Assembly (NCBI RefSeq): GCF_028368995.1
Contig: NZ_JAQNDL010000003.1
Location: forward strand, 2,304,001-2,368,000
DNA from: Nannocystis bainbridge
GTDB lineage: Bacteria; Myxococcota_A; Polyangia; Nannocystales; Nannocystaceae
Direction of reading: 5' to 3'
Length of the DNA: 64,000 nt
Below, piece after piece: positions 22,717 through 33,008 of the stretch. The notes under the pieces were generated by a model. The model had not been told where the DNA came from. It did no database searches and saw nothing but the letters and a program-made list of their open reading frames with translations. Numbering within the stretch: position 1 is the first letter of the stretch; each line of letters begins with the position of its first letter. The position numbers were made by a program, and so were the translations under genes.

Positions 22717-24480
22717 ATGCAGCAGCCCAAGCCCGGCCTCGCCCTCGCCCTCGTCATCGCGGCCTGCGGCGACGGCGGGGCCGTCATGACCGAAGGGACA
22801 GGTTCGGCCACCACTGGCGGCGAAGCCACCGGCGGCCCGACCGGCGCCTCGACCGGCAGCGAGGGCACCACCGGCGGTCCCACCGACGCCAGCAGCGCGA
22901 CCGCCGGCCCCACCACGGCTACCACCACGGGCCTCACCACCGGCGACCCCACCGACACCGGCGAACCGCCCCCGCCTCCGCCCGCCGGCACCTGCGAAGT
23001 CCCGGTCGAGCTCGCCGACACCGCTCGCCCGACCGCGGTCGTCGGCGACGGCACCCCTGCCAGCTGCACCGAGGCCGCGCTGATCGTCGCCGTCGCCGGC
23101 GGCGGCGTCGTCACCTTCGACTGCGGCGGCCCTGTCACCATCACCCTCGCCCAGCCGCTGAAGGTCACCGGCGACCTCGTCCTCGACGGCGACCACCAGG
23201 TCACCCTCTCGGGCGGCGGCGTCACGCGGATCCTCGACATGGACACCGGCAACTTCGAGGCGCAGGGCCCGAACCTCACCGTCCAGCGCCTGCGCTTCAT
23301 CGACGCCAAAGCCACCGGCACCGAGACCCCGCTCGGCACCGACGTCGACGGCGGCGGCGGAGCCATCTTCCACCTCGGCGGCAACGTCACCGCCATCGAC
23401 AGCACCTTCGAGAACAACGAGGCCGCCACCTGGGGCCCCGACGTCGCCGGCGGCGCCATCTACGGCATCGGCGTCGGCGCCACCACCATCGTCGGCTGCA
23501 CCTTTCACGACAACCGCGCGGCCAACGGCGGCGCCGTCGGGGCGCTGCACACCGCCCTCACGATCGTCAACTCCACCTTCACCGCCAACGAGGCCACCGG
23601 GCGCGGCGCCAACTACATCGACATGATGGGCCAGCAGGCCGGCAACGGCGGCAACGGCGGCGCGATCGTCATGGACGGCAGCGGCCGCGCGCTCGAGATC
23701 TGCGGCGCCACCGTGCAGGGCAACCGCGCCGGCGCCTTCGGGGCCGCGCTGTTCCGCACCGGCTACGAGGGCGAGTCCACGATCATCGATCGCAGCACCT
23801 TCGCCGACAATCAGATCCCCGACCACGACGACGACGCCTCGCCCAGCAGCGGCGCCCTCTACATTCAGGGCACCGCCGTCACCCTCACCAACTCGACCAT
23901 CTCCGGCAACAAGGCCCGCGGCTCCGCCGGCCTGTGGATCCTCGGCCACGGGGCCCAGCCCGCCGTCGCCGACCTCACCAACGTCACCATCACCGGCAAT
24001 TCGACCTGGCCGCAGCCCGAATTCACCATGCGCGGGATCGGTGCCGGCCTCACCATCGGCGACGACACCACCGGCACCCTCCTCAACTGTACGATCGCCG
24101 GCAACGCCGCCCAGTTCGGGTCTGGCATCCTGCGCGTCACCCCGCTCGTGGTCCGCAACACCATCATCAGCAACGACGCCGAGAATCAGTACACCCCGCT
24201 CAATTGCACCGGCTCGATGTTCGCCACTCCGCCGGGCACCGGCGAGCACAACATCCAGTGGCCGACCGGCCCCCAGGACGACATGGACTGCACGCCGGCG
24301 ATCTCCCGCGTCGACCCTCTGCTCGGCGCGCTGGCCGACAACGGCGGCCCGACGCAGACGCTCGCCCCGCTCGCCGGCAGCCCGGCCCTCGCGGCCGGCA
24401 GCGACTGCCCGCCCACCGACCAGCGCGGCGAACCCCGCGGCGACCCGTGCACCATCGGCGCCCTCGAATCAGCCCTGTGA
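22717..24480 (+). CDS. Lipoprotein with parallel beta-helix (Pmp-like GGAI/FxxN repeats) and choice-of-anchor-Q-like C-terminus
   Basis: VIAAC lipobox, Thr/Gly linker, GGAI repeats, LGALADNGGPTQT...DQRG...IGALE. Confidence 0.85.
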   Translation: MQQPKPGLALALVIAACGDGGAVMTEGTGSATTGGEATGGPTGASTGSEGTTGGPTDASSATAGPTTATTTGLTTGDPTDTGEPPPPPPAGTCEVPVELADTARPTAVVGDGTPASCTEAALIVAVAGGGVVTFDCGGPVTITLAQPLKVTGDLVLDGDHQVTLSGGGVTRILDMDTGNFEAQGPNLTVQRLRFIDAKATGTETPLGTDVDGGGGAIFHLGGNVTAIDSTFENNEAATWGPDVAGGAIYGIGVGATTIVGCTFHDNRAANGGAVGALHTALTIVNSTFTANEATGRGANYIDMMGQQAGNGGNGGAIVMDGSGRALEICGATVQGNRAGAFGAALFRTGYEGESTIIDRSTFADNQIPDHDDDASPSSGALYIQGTAVTLTNSTISGNKARGSAGLWILGHGAQPAVADLTNVTITGNSTWPQPEFTMRGIGAGLTIGDDTTGTLLNCTIAGNAAQFGSGILRVTPLVVRNTIISNDAENQYTPLNCTGSMFATPPGTGEHNIQWPTGPQDDMDCTPAISRVDPLLGALADNGGPTQTLAPLAGSPALAAGSDCPPTDQRGEPRGDPCTIGALESAL

Positions 24481-24631
24481 GACTTGCATGCGCCTTGGAA
24501 CATGTTCAATCGAACATGTCCAAAACGCCATGCCATCATTCCCAGCGCCGCGGGACATGTCCATTCAGACATGTCCCGCGCGCCAGCTACGCATTCACCA
24601 GCGATGACCCGCGCGGATCATCGCCCCGCCG

Positions 24632-25153
24632 TCACAGCCGGACCAGCCCGGTGCGCAGCATGTACACGAAGCGGCGCCGCTGCTCCTCGGCCAGCAGCGC
24701 GTGGATCTTGCCCACGGCCACCTGCACCGCCTTCTGCACGCGTTCGGCCGAGCGCGTGCGTTCGGCCGCGATCGCCGACGCCGCGGCCTCGTCGAACGTC
24801 TCGGCCGCCAGCAGATCGGCGTAGCCGCCGCTGGTGCGGCGGAGGTCGAGCTCGGCTTGCGCGCGCTCGACCTTGAGCCCGTCGAGGATCACCGCCAGCT
24901 CGCTGACCTGTCGCTCGTCGAGCCCCAGCTTGTACGCCAGGAACCGCAGCGGCCGGCGCACGCCGAACGGACCGCCGCCCCAGAAGAAGCCCTCCGGGCC
25001 GCCGCCGGGCTCGCCACCATCGCCACCGGGGCCATCACTGTCGCCGCAGCGACCTCTACCAAACCCACCACAAACGGCGCCCTCATACCCGTAATGCCGA
25101 GACGGGGCCACCCGGCGCGCGAACCCGCGCCACGCAGAGAACCAGGGATGCAT
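24632..25153 (-). CDS. Spy/CpxP-like (heavy-metal sensor-like) helical protein
   Basis: Gly-rich N-terminus, KLGLDERQ, IHALLAEEQRRR (LTxxQ-like). Confidence 0.6.
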   Translation of the reverse strand: MHPWFSAWRGFARRVAPSRHYGYEGAVCGGFGRGRCGDSDGPGGDGGEPGGGPEGFFWGGGPFGVRRPLRFLAYKLGLDERQVSELAVILDGLKVERAQAELDLRRTSGGYADLLAAETFDEAAASAIAAERTRSAERVQKAVQVAVGKIHALLAEEQRRRFVYMLRTGLVRL

Positions 25154-25364
25154 GATTGTCGCTTTCTGCCGGGGCTCTCGCTCCCGGCGCTGTCCGGACC
25201 GCGCGGGCGAAAGCCTCGCGCGTCCTTCGAGTATTCGGTCCGGGCCTGCGGCTGTCAACCGCCGGTCGCCGGCGAACCGGCGAAGCGGGCGCCGGGCTCG
25301 CCGCGCGCGCCGGTCCCCGGGCTACGCGCAGGCGGCGAATCATCGCCCTCTCCGTTCGCCGGCC

Positions 25365-26363
25365 TCAGCCGGGCGCGCCGGGCTTGAACCACTCGAACTG
25401 ATTGGGCCACACGAAATTGTTGAACGCCACGCTGATGCTGACATCGAGCGCGCGCACGTGGTGCCACCAGCCGACCGGCAGGAACAGCGCCTCGCCTGGC
25501 AGCAGCACCAGGTCGAGCCCGCACTCCGCCAGCGCCGAGCCTGCCGCCTCCGGGTCGAGCGTGCTGTAGACCCCGCGCGCCGCCGCCAGCAGCTGCGGCT
25601 CGTCGGGCGCGTAAAGGCGGAAGCGTTTGCGGCCCACCACCTGGAAGAACAGGATGTTCGAGGTGTCGTGGTGCAGCGACGTCACCGTGCCCGCCGGTCC
25701 GAACCACAGCGCCCCGCAGCTGGCGCTGCGCGCCTCGTCGAAGTAACCCGCCGGCAGCACGATGTCCGCCAGCAGCCCCGCCAGCCCCGGTCGTGCCAGG
25801 TTGCGGTTGTTGGCGATCAGGTACAGGTCGTTCGTCTCGCCGGCCGCGAGCACACGATCGACGTAGTCGCCGAGCGTCGTCCGTCGCACGTGCTGCTTGA
25901 AGCGCACGTCCGGATCGTCGTCGCCCGCGCGACCGATCGACATCTCGATCTCCGCCGCCCCGAAGCGCGCCCGCAGGTCCGCCGGACTCCAGCGCGAGAA
26001 CGCCGGCCAGCGCGGCACCACGTCGTTCAAGATCACCGGCGTGCCCGTCGCCCAGTAATTTCTTAAAAACTCCGACGGCGAGGGCGCCGGGCGGCGCTCG
26101 ATCTGCGGCGCCGCGGCCCGCAGCGTCCGTCGCAGCCGATTCACCAGCGCCTCGCGCCGCAGCCCCGCCGCCACCGCTCGCGCGCCCGCCAGCTCGGCCG
26201 AGCCACGCGCTCGCGCCAGCGCCCCGGCGATCGTCGCTGCCGGCACCCCGCGCTCTGCCAGCGCCGCCCGGATCGCCGCCTCGTCCGCGCCGCGCAGCAG
26301 GTTCTCGACCAGCCACGCGCGGAACGCCGGCGCCAGCGTGGCCCGCCCGCGCCGCGCCGACAT
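25365..26363 (-). CDS. JmjC / cupin_8 Fe(II)/2OG hydroxylase
   Basis: WPAFSRWS, LWFGPAGTVTSLHHD, GRKRF, PGEALFLPVGWWHHV (HxD...H triad). Confidence 0.9.
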   Translation of the reverse strand: MSARRGRATLAPAFRAWLVENLLRGADEAAIRAALAERGVPAATIAGALARARGSAELAGARAVAAGLRREALVNRLRRTLRAAAPQIERRPAPSPSEFLRNYWATGTPVILNDVVPRWPAFSRWSPADLRARFGAAEIEMSIGRAGDDDPDVRFKQHVRRTTLGDYVDRVLAAGETNDLYLIANNRNLARPGLAGLLADIVLPAGYFDEARSASCGALWFGPAGTVTSLHHDTSNILFFQVVGRKRFRLYAPDEPQLLAAARGVYSTLDPEAAGSALAECGLDLVLLPGEALFLPVGWWHHVRALDVSISVAFNNFVWPNQFEWFKPGAPG

Positions 26364-26484
26364 TTTTACCGATCTCAGGGACATGCTCTAAAAACCATGC
26401 TCGTTAGCACATGTCCATGTGAACATGTCCTCGAGGACATCTGGTCCCGCCGCCCGGCGACGGTCCCGAGGCGTCCCCCGCCAT

Positions 26485-27000
26485 TCACGGTCCCGTCGTC
26501 TGCGGCGGCGGCATCGGCGGGATCGCCGTCGTCCCGTCTCCCGTCGTCGTGTCCGGCGGCGGCATCGGTGGGATCGCCGTCGTCCCGTCCCCCGTCGTGT
26601 CTGGTGGCGGCATCGGCGGGATCGCCGTCGTCGCCTCCCCCGTCGTCGTCTCGGGTGGCGGCATCGGCGGCACCGCCGTCGTCCCGATCGTCTCCTCGTC
26701 CTCGGTCGTCGGCTGCGGCATCGGCGGCACCGCCGTCGTGCTCTCGGTCGCCGACGCGCTCGTCGTGCCCTCGGTCGGCGTCGGCGGCACCATCGGCGGG
26801 ATCGCCGTCGTGAACATCGGCGTGATCGTCGGGTCGTAGCTCGTCGTCGACGGCGTCTGCGTCGTCTCGCTCGTCGCCTCGCTGGTCTTGTTCTCCATGC
26901 CGCAGGCGCTGCTGCCGAGCGTCACCGCGATCAGCGTCGTGCGCACCAGCGCCGGTCCTGGCGGCAGCGGCGTGAGCGAGGGAGGTTTGGGCGCGGTCAT
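26485..27000 (-). CDS. Lipoprotein-signal protein with six TA[IV]PPM[PV][PQ]P repeats
   Basis: 171 aa; LGSSAC lipobox-like; six cores separated by Thr/Glu/Asp/Gly spacers. Confidence 0.75.
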   Translation of the reverse strand: MTAPKPPSLTPLPPGPALVRTTLIAVTLGSSACGMENKTSEATSETTQTPSTTSYDPTITPMFTTAIPPMVPPTPTEGTTSASATESTTAVPPMPQPTTEDEETIGTTAVPPMPPPETTTGEATTAIPPMPPPDTTGDGTTAIPPMPPPDTTTGDGTTAIPPMPPPQTTGP

Positions 27001-27032
27001 CCTCTGCAGCGGACGATTTCCGCCGCGGCCTG

Positions 27033-27881
27033 TCAAGCCTCGCCGCGCCGCGCCGCCACGGCCGCCGCTGCAATCATGAGCCCGCCGCCGAGCGCCAGCC
27101 GCAGCAGGTCGGCCTGCTCCTGGAAGATCGTCAGCGCCACCAGCACCCCGAGCGGCACCTTCAGGTTGTTGGCCACCGCGAGCGCGCCCGCGCCGACCTG
27201 CACCGCCCCGCGGTTCCACAGATAAAAGCCCGCGCCCGTCGCCAGCACCCCGAGGTACGCGAACACCAGCCACTGCGTGCCTGACACCTTCGTCAGCGTC
27301 GCCCAGCCTCCGCTCAGGGTCGCCGCGATCACCGTCACCGCGATCCCGCCCAGGTACAGCAGCGCGATGACCTCGCGGTCGCGCAGATCGGTCCGCTCGC
27401 GCCGCAGCCGACGGTACGCCGCCTGCCCCCACGCGAAGCACAGGCTCGACAGCTGCACCAACACGAACCCGAGCCACGCCACCCCTGCGCCCTCGCGATG
27501 CTGGATCACCGCCGCGCCTGCCGCCGCCACCGCCGCCAGCCCGACATTGACCACATCGAACCGGCGCGCGTACGCGTCGCAGATCAGCGCCACGTACAGC
27601 GGCGTCAGCACCGTGTACAGCACCACCTCGTGGGCCGCCGCGAACTGGAACGCGGTGATGTAGCCGACGTACATCAGCCCGTACTGCACCGCCCCGATCG
27701 TCATCAACCGCGCGACGAGGCCGGGCCCCAGCCCGCGCACGCGCAGCAGCGGCAGGAACAGCGGCACCGCCAGCAGCAGCCGCATCGCCGCCACGAAGTT
27801 CGGATCGAGGCCGCCCAGGTGGCGCTTGATCAGCCCGAAGGAGAACGCCCAGAGCAGGGTCGCCGCGAGCAAGGAGCGCAT
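27033..27881 (-). CDS. EamA/DMT family transporter (YigM-like)
   Basis: LLWAFSFGLI, IGAVQYGLMY, LTPLYVAL, GFYLWNRGA; about 10 TM. Confidence 0.88.
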   Translation of the reverse strand: MRSLLAATLLWAFSFGLIKRHLGGLDPNFVAAMRLLLAVPLFLPLLRVRGLGPGLVARLMTIGAVQYGLMYVGYITAFQFAAAHEVVLYTVLTPLYVALICDAYARRFDVVNVGLAAVAAAGAAVIQHREGAGVAWLGFVLVQLSSLCFAWGQAAYRRLRRERTDLRDREVIALLYLGGIAVTVIAATLSGGWATLTKVSGTQWLVFAYLGVLATGAGFYLWNRGAVQVGAGALAVANNLKVPLGVLVALTIFQEQADLLRLALGGGLMIAAAAVAARRGEA

Positions 27882-27979
27882 GGCCTGGCCGCCATCCCGC
27901 AGTTCGGGCGCGCATGCAAGCCCGGCCCACGCGCGCAATTGCACACGGCGACCGCTCTCTCACCGTGGCAGCATCACGC

Positions 27980-28543
27980 ATGGCCGCCACGGTCCCCGGC
28001 CTGCGCCTCAAGCCTGCGTGGATCTCCGCCGAGCGCGAGCGGGACCTCCTCGCCGCCATCGACGCCCTCCCGTGGGACGACGGCCTGCGCCGCCGCGTCC
28101 AGCACCACGGTTACCGCTACGCCTACCGCGGCCGCAAAGTCGAAGCCGCCGAGCCGCTCGGGCCGCTGCCTGCGTGGGCCGCCGAGCTGGCCGCGAGGCT
28201 GCACGCCGAAGCCGTCTTCACCTGTCCTCCGGACCAGGTCATCGTCAACGAGTACCTGCCTGGCCAGGGGATCTCCGCCCACATCGACTGCGTCCCCTGC
28301 TTCGGCCCGGTGGTCGCCTCTCTCAGCCTCGGCAGCGGCGCGACCATGGCGCTGTCGCATCCTGACACGGGCTCGCGGGCCGACGTGTGGCTCGCCCCGC
28401 GCAGCCTCCTGATCCTCGCCGACGACGCGCGCTACCGCTGGCGCCACGCCATCCCCGCGCGCCGGAGCGACCCCGATCGCGGCCCACGCGGCCGTCGCCT
28501 GTCGCTGACCTTCCGCACCGTCCTCCGCGATCTCCGCCGCTGA
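27980..28543 (+). CDS. AlkB-family 2OG-Fe(II) dioxygenase
   Basis: RRVQHHGYRY, NEYLPGQGISAHID, RYRWRHAI, RLSLTFR. Confidence 0.9.
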   Translation: MAATVPGLRLKPAWISAERERDLLAAIDALPWDDGLRRRVQHHGYRYAYRGRKVEAAEPLGPLPAWAAELAARLHAEAVFTCPPDQVIVNEYLPGQGISAHIDCVPCFGPVVASLSLGSGATMALSHPDTGSRADVWLAPRSLLILADDARYRWRHAIPARRSDPDRGPRGRRLSLTFRTVLRDLRR

Positions 28544-28591
28544 TCGCGGTCCCACGTCCGTTCCGGGGCTGCCGCGTTACACTCGACCATC

Positions 28592-30730
28592 GTGTCTGCC
28601 GCGCCCCGGACCCTCGCCGTCGCAGCCGTCCTCCTCGTCGGCGACCTCGTCGCCGGACCGGCCCGCGCCGACAACCTGCACATCGACGTCCAGGCGAACC
28701 CCGAGCGCAACTTCATCCCGGTGCAGGAGCTCTCCTACGAGGCGATCGTCGCCGGGGTCGACGGCTACAAGGTCGACCTGCGCCTGCGCATCGCGCTCCA
28801 CAACGCCAGCAAGCGCCGCCAGGACGCGGTCCTCAGCCTCGCCTTGCCCCGCGACGCCGAGCTCGTCGGCCTCGCCGTGGCGCGCGACGGCACCTGGAGC
28901 CCCGGTCGTCCTGCCGGCGTCGCCGTCGAGCCGGCCCACCGCGCCTCCGGCACCGTCTTCGCCCGCGCCCTCGCGCCTGCCGTCGCCGGCGACCTGCCGG
29001 CCGCCGAGGTCGTCGTCTTCAACCTCGACCCCGAGACCAGCATTCAGCTCGAGCTGCAGCTCAAGGCCCCGCCGCGGCTGCGGGCCGACCGCTGGGAGCT
29101 CGAGCTGCCGGGCCGCGGCGACGACCGCTGGGGCCTCGCGCCCGAGCGCCGCGTCATCGTCCAGGGCAGCCGCCCTGGCGAGACCGCCCGCTTCTGGCTC
29201 GACGACCGCGCCAGCGACGGCGCCGCCGTGCTCGTCTCGCACCCCGAGGAGCGGTCCGTCGTCTCCTGGCCTCATAAACATGTCTCGAAGGACAGGAGCA
29301 TCCTCGACGGCCACCTCGAGCTCGTGCCCGACCCGACCCCTCCGGGCGGCAAGGCCAGGAGCGGCCGCTTCCGCGCCTACCTGCGCCTCGGCGCCGCCCC
29401 GCCGCCGCGGCCCGACCACGTCGTCGTCGTGCTCGACCGCTCGCGCAGCACCGCCCCCGACCTCCACCGCGACGCCTTCGCCGCGATCGCCGGCCTGTTC
29501 GACGAGCTGCCGCCGAGCCTCACCTTCGACGCCATCAGCTTCGCCCGCACCGCCCGGCCCCTGCTCGAAGGCGGCGAGTTCCCTGGCGTGCGCGACCGCG
29601 GCGCCCGCGACCGCGTCGCCGCGGCCCTCGACGCCGGCGCCCGCGAACAGGGCACCGACCTCGCCGCCGCCCTCGCCCTCGCCGGCCGCCGGATCGCCGC
29701 TCGCGGGGCCCGCCGCCCGCTCGTCGTCGTCATCACCGACGGCATGCTGCCCGCCAGCATCGGCGCGCGCCAGATCGGGGATGTCTTTTCGGACAGCCTC
29801 GCCAACTCCGCCCGCCCCGAGCTGCTCTTCATCGTCGACGAGCCGATGCTGCTGCGCGGCGGCATCACCCCGCAGCACCCGATCGCCAGCGTCGCCACCG
29901 CGCTCGGGGCCCGCATCAGCCTCGAGTCGCTGGCCCAGCACGCCCGCCGCAGCGGCGGCGAACCGCCCGAGGGCCTCACCGAAGCCCTGCTGGCCGCCCC
30001 CGCCGTCCTCTCCGACCTCGAGCTGTCGCTGCCGCGCCGCGCCAGCCTCGACGAGCCGGCCCCTGGCGCCCTCGTCGCCGGCAACGTGCTCGTCGTCCGC
30101 GGCCGCTACACCGGCGCCCCGCCGAGCGTCGGCGTGCGCGGCAAGCTGGCCGGCGCGCGCACCAGCCGGACCTTGCGCGCCGTCACCACGCCGCCGCCGC
30201 CCGCCGCCCTGGTCGCCTCGTTCGGCGTCGCCGACCTCGAGCGCGCCGCCGCCGACGGCTTCACGCGCCCGCCGTGGTTCGGCCTCAATCAACAGCGCGT
30301 GGCCCGGCTCGGCATCACCTGGGCCGGCCGCGGCAACGGCGAAGAGCGCGGCTTCCTCGACGAGAAGATCTTCCGCAACTACCTCGGGATCCGCGTGTTC
30401 CCCCGCGCCCGCGCCTGTTTCAATAAGGGGCTCATGCGCGACCAGCAGCTCGGCGGCAAGGTCGTGTTCGAGATCGAGGTCGGCAAGGGCGAGGTGATGT
30501 TCGCCAGGGTCGACACCACCGGCCTCGCGCGCCGCGAGCCCGGCTTCGAGGCCTGCCTGCTCGAGGCCGCCTGGGCGCTCGAGATCCCCGCCGGCCGCCT
30601 CGACGACCAGATCTACCGCCTCCGCTACCCCGTGGTCTTCAACCCGCCGTCGGGCGGCCGCCCGGCCATGGAAGACGACCCGCTCGGCCCGGGCACCGTC
30701 GAGCTCCTGCTCGGCCTGCCGAACCGCTGA
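28592..30730 (+). CDS. Secreted VIT/vWA-like protein with AgmX/PglI (TonB-C-like) C-terminal domain
   Basis: Signal peptide; VVLDRSRS MIDAS, GTDL, VITDG; C-terminal ACFNKGL...GKVVFEI...CL...YPVVF. Confidence 0.7.
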   Translation: MSAAPRTLAVAAVLLVGDLVAGPARADNLHIDVQANPERNFIPVQELSYEAIVAGVDGYKVDLRLRIALHNASKRRQDAVLSLALPRDAELVGLAVARDGTWSPGRPAGVAVEPAHRASGTVFARALAPAVAGDLPAAEVVVFNLDPETSIQLELQLKAPPRLRADRWELELPGRGDDRWGLAPERRVIVQGSRPGETARFWLDDRASDGAAVLVSHPEERSVVSWPHKHVSKDRSILDGHLELVPDPTPPGGKARSGRFRAYLRLGAAPPPRPDHVVVVLDRSRSTAPDLHRDAFAAIAGLFDELPPSLTFDAISFARTARPLLEGGEFPGVRDRGARDRVAAALDAGAREQGTDLAAALALAGRRIAARGARRPLVVVITDGMLPASIGARQIGDVFSDSLANSARPELLFIVDEPMLLRGGITPQHPIASVATALGARISLESLAQHARRSGGEPPEGLTEALLAAPAVLSDLELSLPRRASLDEPAPGALVAGNVLVVRGRYTGAPPSVGVRGKLAGARTSRTLRAVTTPPPPAALVASFGVADLERAAADGFTRPPWFGLNQQRVARLGITWAGRGNGEERGFLDEKIFRNYLGIRVFPRARACFNKGLMRDQQLGGKVVFEIEVGKGEVMFARVDTTGLARREPGFEACLLEAAWALEIPAGRLDDQIYRLRYPVVFNPPSGGRPAMEDDPLGPGTVELLLGLPNR

Positions 30731-30750
30731 TCACGGGCTGTCCCGGAGAG

Positions 30751-30810
30751 CATGCCCTCCGGGACATGCTCTTCACGACATGACCGAACAGACATGCCTC
30801 GAAAGGCATG
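30751..30810. repeat. Array of CATG-core palindromes with 14-bp period (representative of a dispersed family)
   Basis: CATG at 30751, 30765, 30779, 30793, 30807, between convergent genes. Confidence 0.9.
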
Positions 30811-30822
30811 TCCATAAGCGCA

Positions 30823-32955
30823 TCACTCGCCCGCCCGCACCCCGAGCGCGCGCTCGAGGTCGCGGATCCGGATCTCCTGCAGCTCTTGCTCGATCCGCCC
30901 GCGCTCCTCGTGCAGCGAGTAGTCCGTCTCCGTCGCCGCCAGCCCCTCGATCATGCGCTCGATCGTGCGGGTCAGCCCGCCCGGCCCGAAGAACTGCCCG
31001 CCCTCCGCCTCCAGCCCCTCCGCCGTCTCGCGCAGGTTCACCGCCATCATCCCCAGGCTGTCCGCCGCCGCCAGCGTCATCTCTCTGCGCCGCCGCTGCT
31101 GTGCCGCCTCGACCTTGGCGATCTTCGCGTCGAGCCGCAGCCACTCCTTGAGCCGCGCCCTGTACCCCGGCGACTGCGGCACCTTCTCGAGCGCCCCCTG
31201 GGTCGCCGACGGGAACCGCCAGTACGGCTGGTTGCGCGACGGGTCCCAGCGCTCGCCCTCGTCCCCGGCGCGGCCCATGAAGATCCCCAGCGGCAGCGCG
31301 TGGTCCAGCATCAGCGTCGCCGCCGCGCCCGCGCTCGTCACGATCGGCCCGACCTGGGCCACCCGCGGCTGCCATTTGCGCGCCGATCCGCGCTCGACCT
31401 GCGGAGCAAACTTCGGGTCGGTCGAGATCGTCAGCGTCGAGCCGACCAGCGCCACATGGACATCGCGCCACGCCGGCACCGTCACCACGTGCCCGCCCCC
31501 CTTGCCGCGCTTGACCTTGAGCCCGGATCGACCGAGCGACGAGCCCGGGATCTTCGCCATCGTCACCGCGACCAGCGTCGCCGCCGTCGTCGCGCTCTTG
31601 AACCCGAGCGCGAGGTTGAACCCGAGCTCCGCCTTGTTGCCCGCGCGGGCCAGCGCCCGCGCGTCCGCGGTCGTCAGCGCGAAGCTCACCGCCCCGTCGA
31701 GCAGCTCGAGCGCCGTCCGCGGCTCGCCGCCGATCTCCCGCTGCAGCGTCGCGAACAGCGCGTCGACGCTCTGGCCGTCGGCCCGCAGCAGCACGTCGAG
31801 CGCCGCCAGCCCCTCGTTCACGTCGAGGTTGCCGCTGGTCCCCAGCAGCACCCGCTCGCTCGCCGCCGTGATCGCCAGCGGCGGCGTCGTCCCCGGCTGC
31901 AGCGCCTTCCGCAGCAGCGCCGTCTCCGGCGCCCGCGTCCGCGCCGTCCCCGTGATCGCCTCGGGCCCCAGCGACAGCCCCAGCGCGATCGGCCCCAGCG
32001 GTCCGAACAGCGCGCGCCACACCTCCTGATCGCGCTGCCGACGCTCGCGCTGCTGCCTGTCCATCGCCTCCTGCTCGGCCGCGACCTGCTCCCAGCGCGC
32101 GATGTCCTCGGCCGGCGCCCCGTGCTCGCGCAGCCGCTGCAGCTCCTGCTCCGCCCAGCTCGTCGCCTTCTCCTCGCTGCGTCGGCTCGCCTCGATGTCC
32201 GCGCGCAGCCGGCCGGCGACGTCGACGAACGCGATCAGGTCGCGCGTCAGCACCGGCGTCATCGCCTGCTGCCAGCGCGGCGACGCCGACAGGCCGCGCG
32301 CCGGGTCGACGCTCGCCAGCTCGCGGGCGAAGTCGTAGGGCGCGAGCTGCGGGCTGGAGACGAGCACCAGGAACGCGAACTCGTCGCGCAGCACCAGCTG
32401 ATGGGGTGCACCTGGCTCATGGGCCAGGACGATCCCGCGGTCCTCGAACACGAGGTCGACGGACCCGCCGAGCTTCGTCCCGGCGCGGTCGACGAATTCG
32501 CGGAACCGCAGCGGGTCGGTCAGCGAGAAGAAGTAACAGCTCGCGCCGCTGCCCGCGTCGAGCAGCGCCATGCCGATCGGCCGATCCGGGTCGACCCCGA
32601 TCTCCGGCCAGCGCCCCGGGTCGAGCAAGTTCACCCCCAACATCTGTTCGAGGTACGCCGACGCCTGCTCGTAAAACGGCCGGTAGGTCCCGATCAGCGC
32701 CGCCACGTCGACCACGCGCAGCAGGTGGCGCACGCTCGCCGCGCTCACCACCACACCTGTCCTTTCGGGCAGCAGATCGATCGGCGCCCGCGCCAGCGCC
32801 ACGGCCGGCGGCCCCGCCGGCTTGCGCGTCGTCGGCGGCGCGGCCACGGGCGCCGTCGTCGGCGACGCGGTCGGCGTCTCCGGCCTCGGTCGACAACCGG
32901 CGACGACCAGCCCCGCCGCCAGCACCCCGGACCACCACCGCGAACTTTCGCGCAT
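30823..32955 (-). CDS. Large lipoprotein of unknown function
   Basis: MRESSRWW...VVAGC lipobox; Pro/Thr linker; coiled-coil inserts. Confidence 0.75.
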   Translation of the reverse strand: MRESSRWWSGVLAAGLVVAGCRPRPETPTASPTTAPVAAPPTTRKPAGPPAVALARAPIDLLPERTGVVVSAASVRHLLRVVDVAALIGTYRPFYEQASAYLEQMLGVNLLDPGRWPEIGVDPDRPIGMALLDAGSGASCYFFSLTDPLRFREFVDRAGTKLGGSVDLVFEDRGIVLAHEPGAPHQLVLRDEFAFLVLVSSPQLAPYDFARELASVDPARGLSASPRWQQAMTPVLTRDLIAFVDVAGRLRADIEASRRSEEKATSWAEQELQRLREHGAPAEDIARWEQVAAEQEAMDRQQRERRQRDQEVWRALFGPLGPIALGLSLGPEAITGTARTRAPETALLRKALQPGTTPPLAITAASERVLLGTSGNLDVNEGLAALDVLLRADGQSVDALFATLQREIGGEPRTALELLDGAVSFALTTADARALARAGNKAELGFNLALGFKSATTAATLVAVTMAKIPGSSLGRSGLKVKRGKGGGHVVTVPAWRDVHVALVGSTLTISTDPKFAPQVERGSARKWQPRVAQVGPIVTSAGAAATLMLDHALPLGIFMGRAGDEGERWDPSRNQPYWRFPSATQGALEKVPQSPGYRARLKEWLRLDAKIAKVEAAQQRRRREMTLAAADSLGMMAVNLRETAEGLEAEGGQFFGPGGLTRTIERMIEGLAATETDYSLHEERGRIEQELQEIRIRDLERALGVRAGE

Positions 32956-33008
32956 ATCCCATCGTAGCACCGGGCTCGTGCCCCGGCGGTCGCCCGCGCG
33001 CGCCCGAT

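Noticed and set aside
24487-24573. 14-bp arrays as mini-CRISPRs or intrinsic terminators
   Set aside because: Unit far too short for repeat-spacer structure; no long stem with U-tract; the motif also occurs within CDS.
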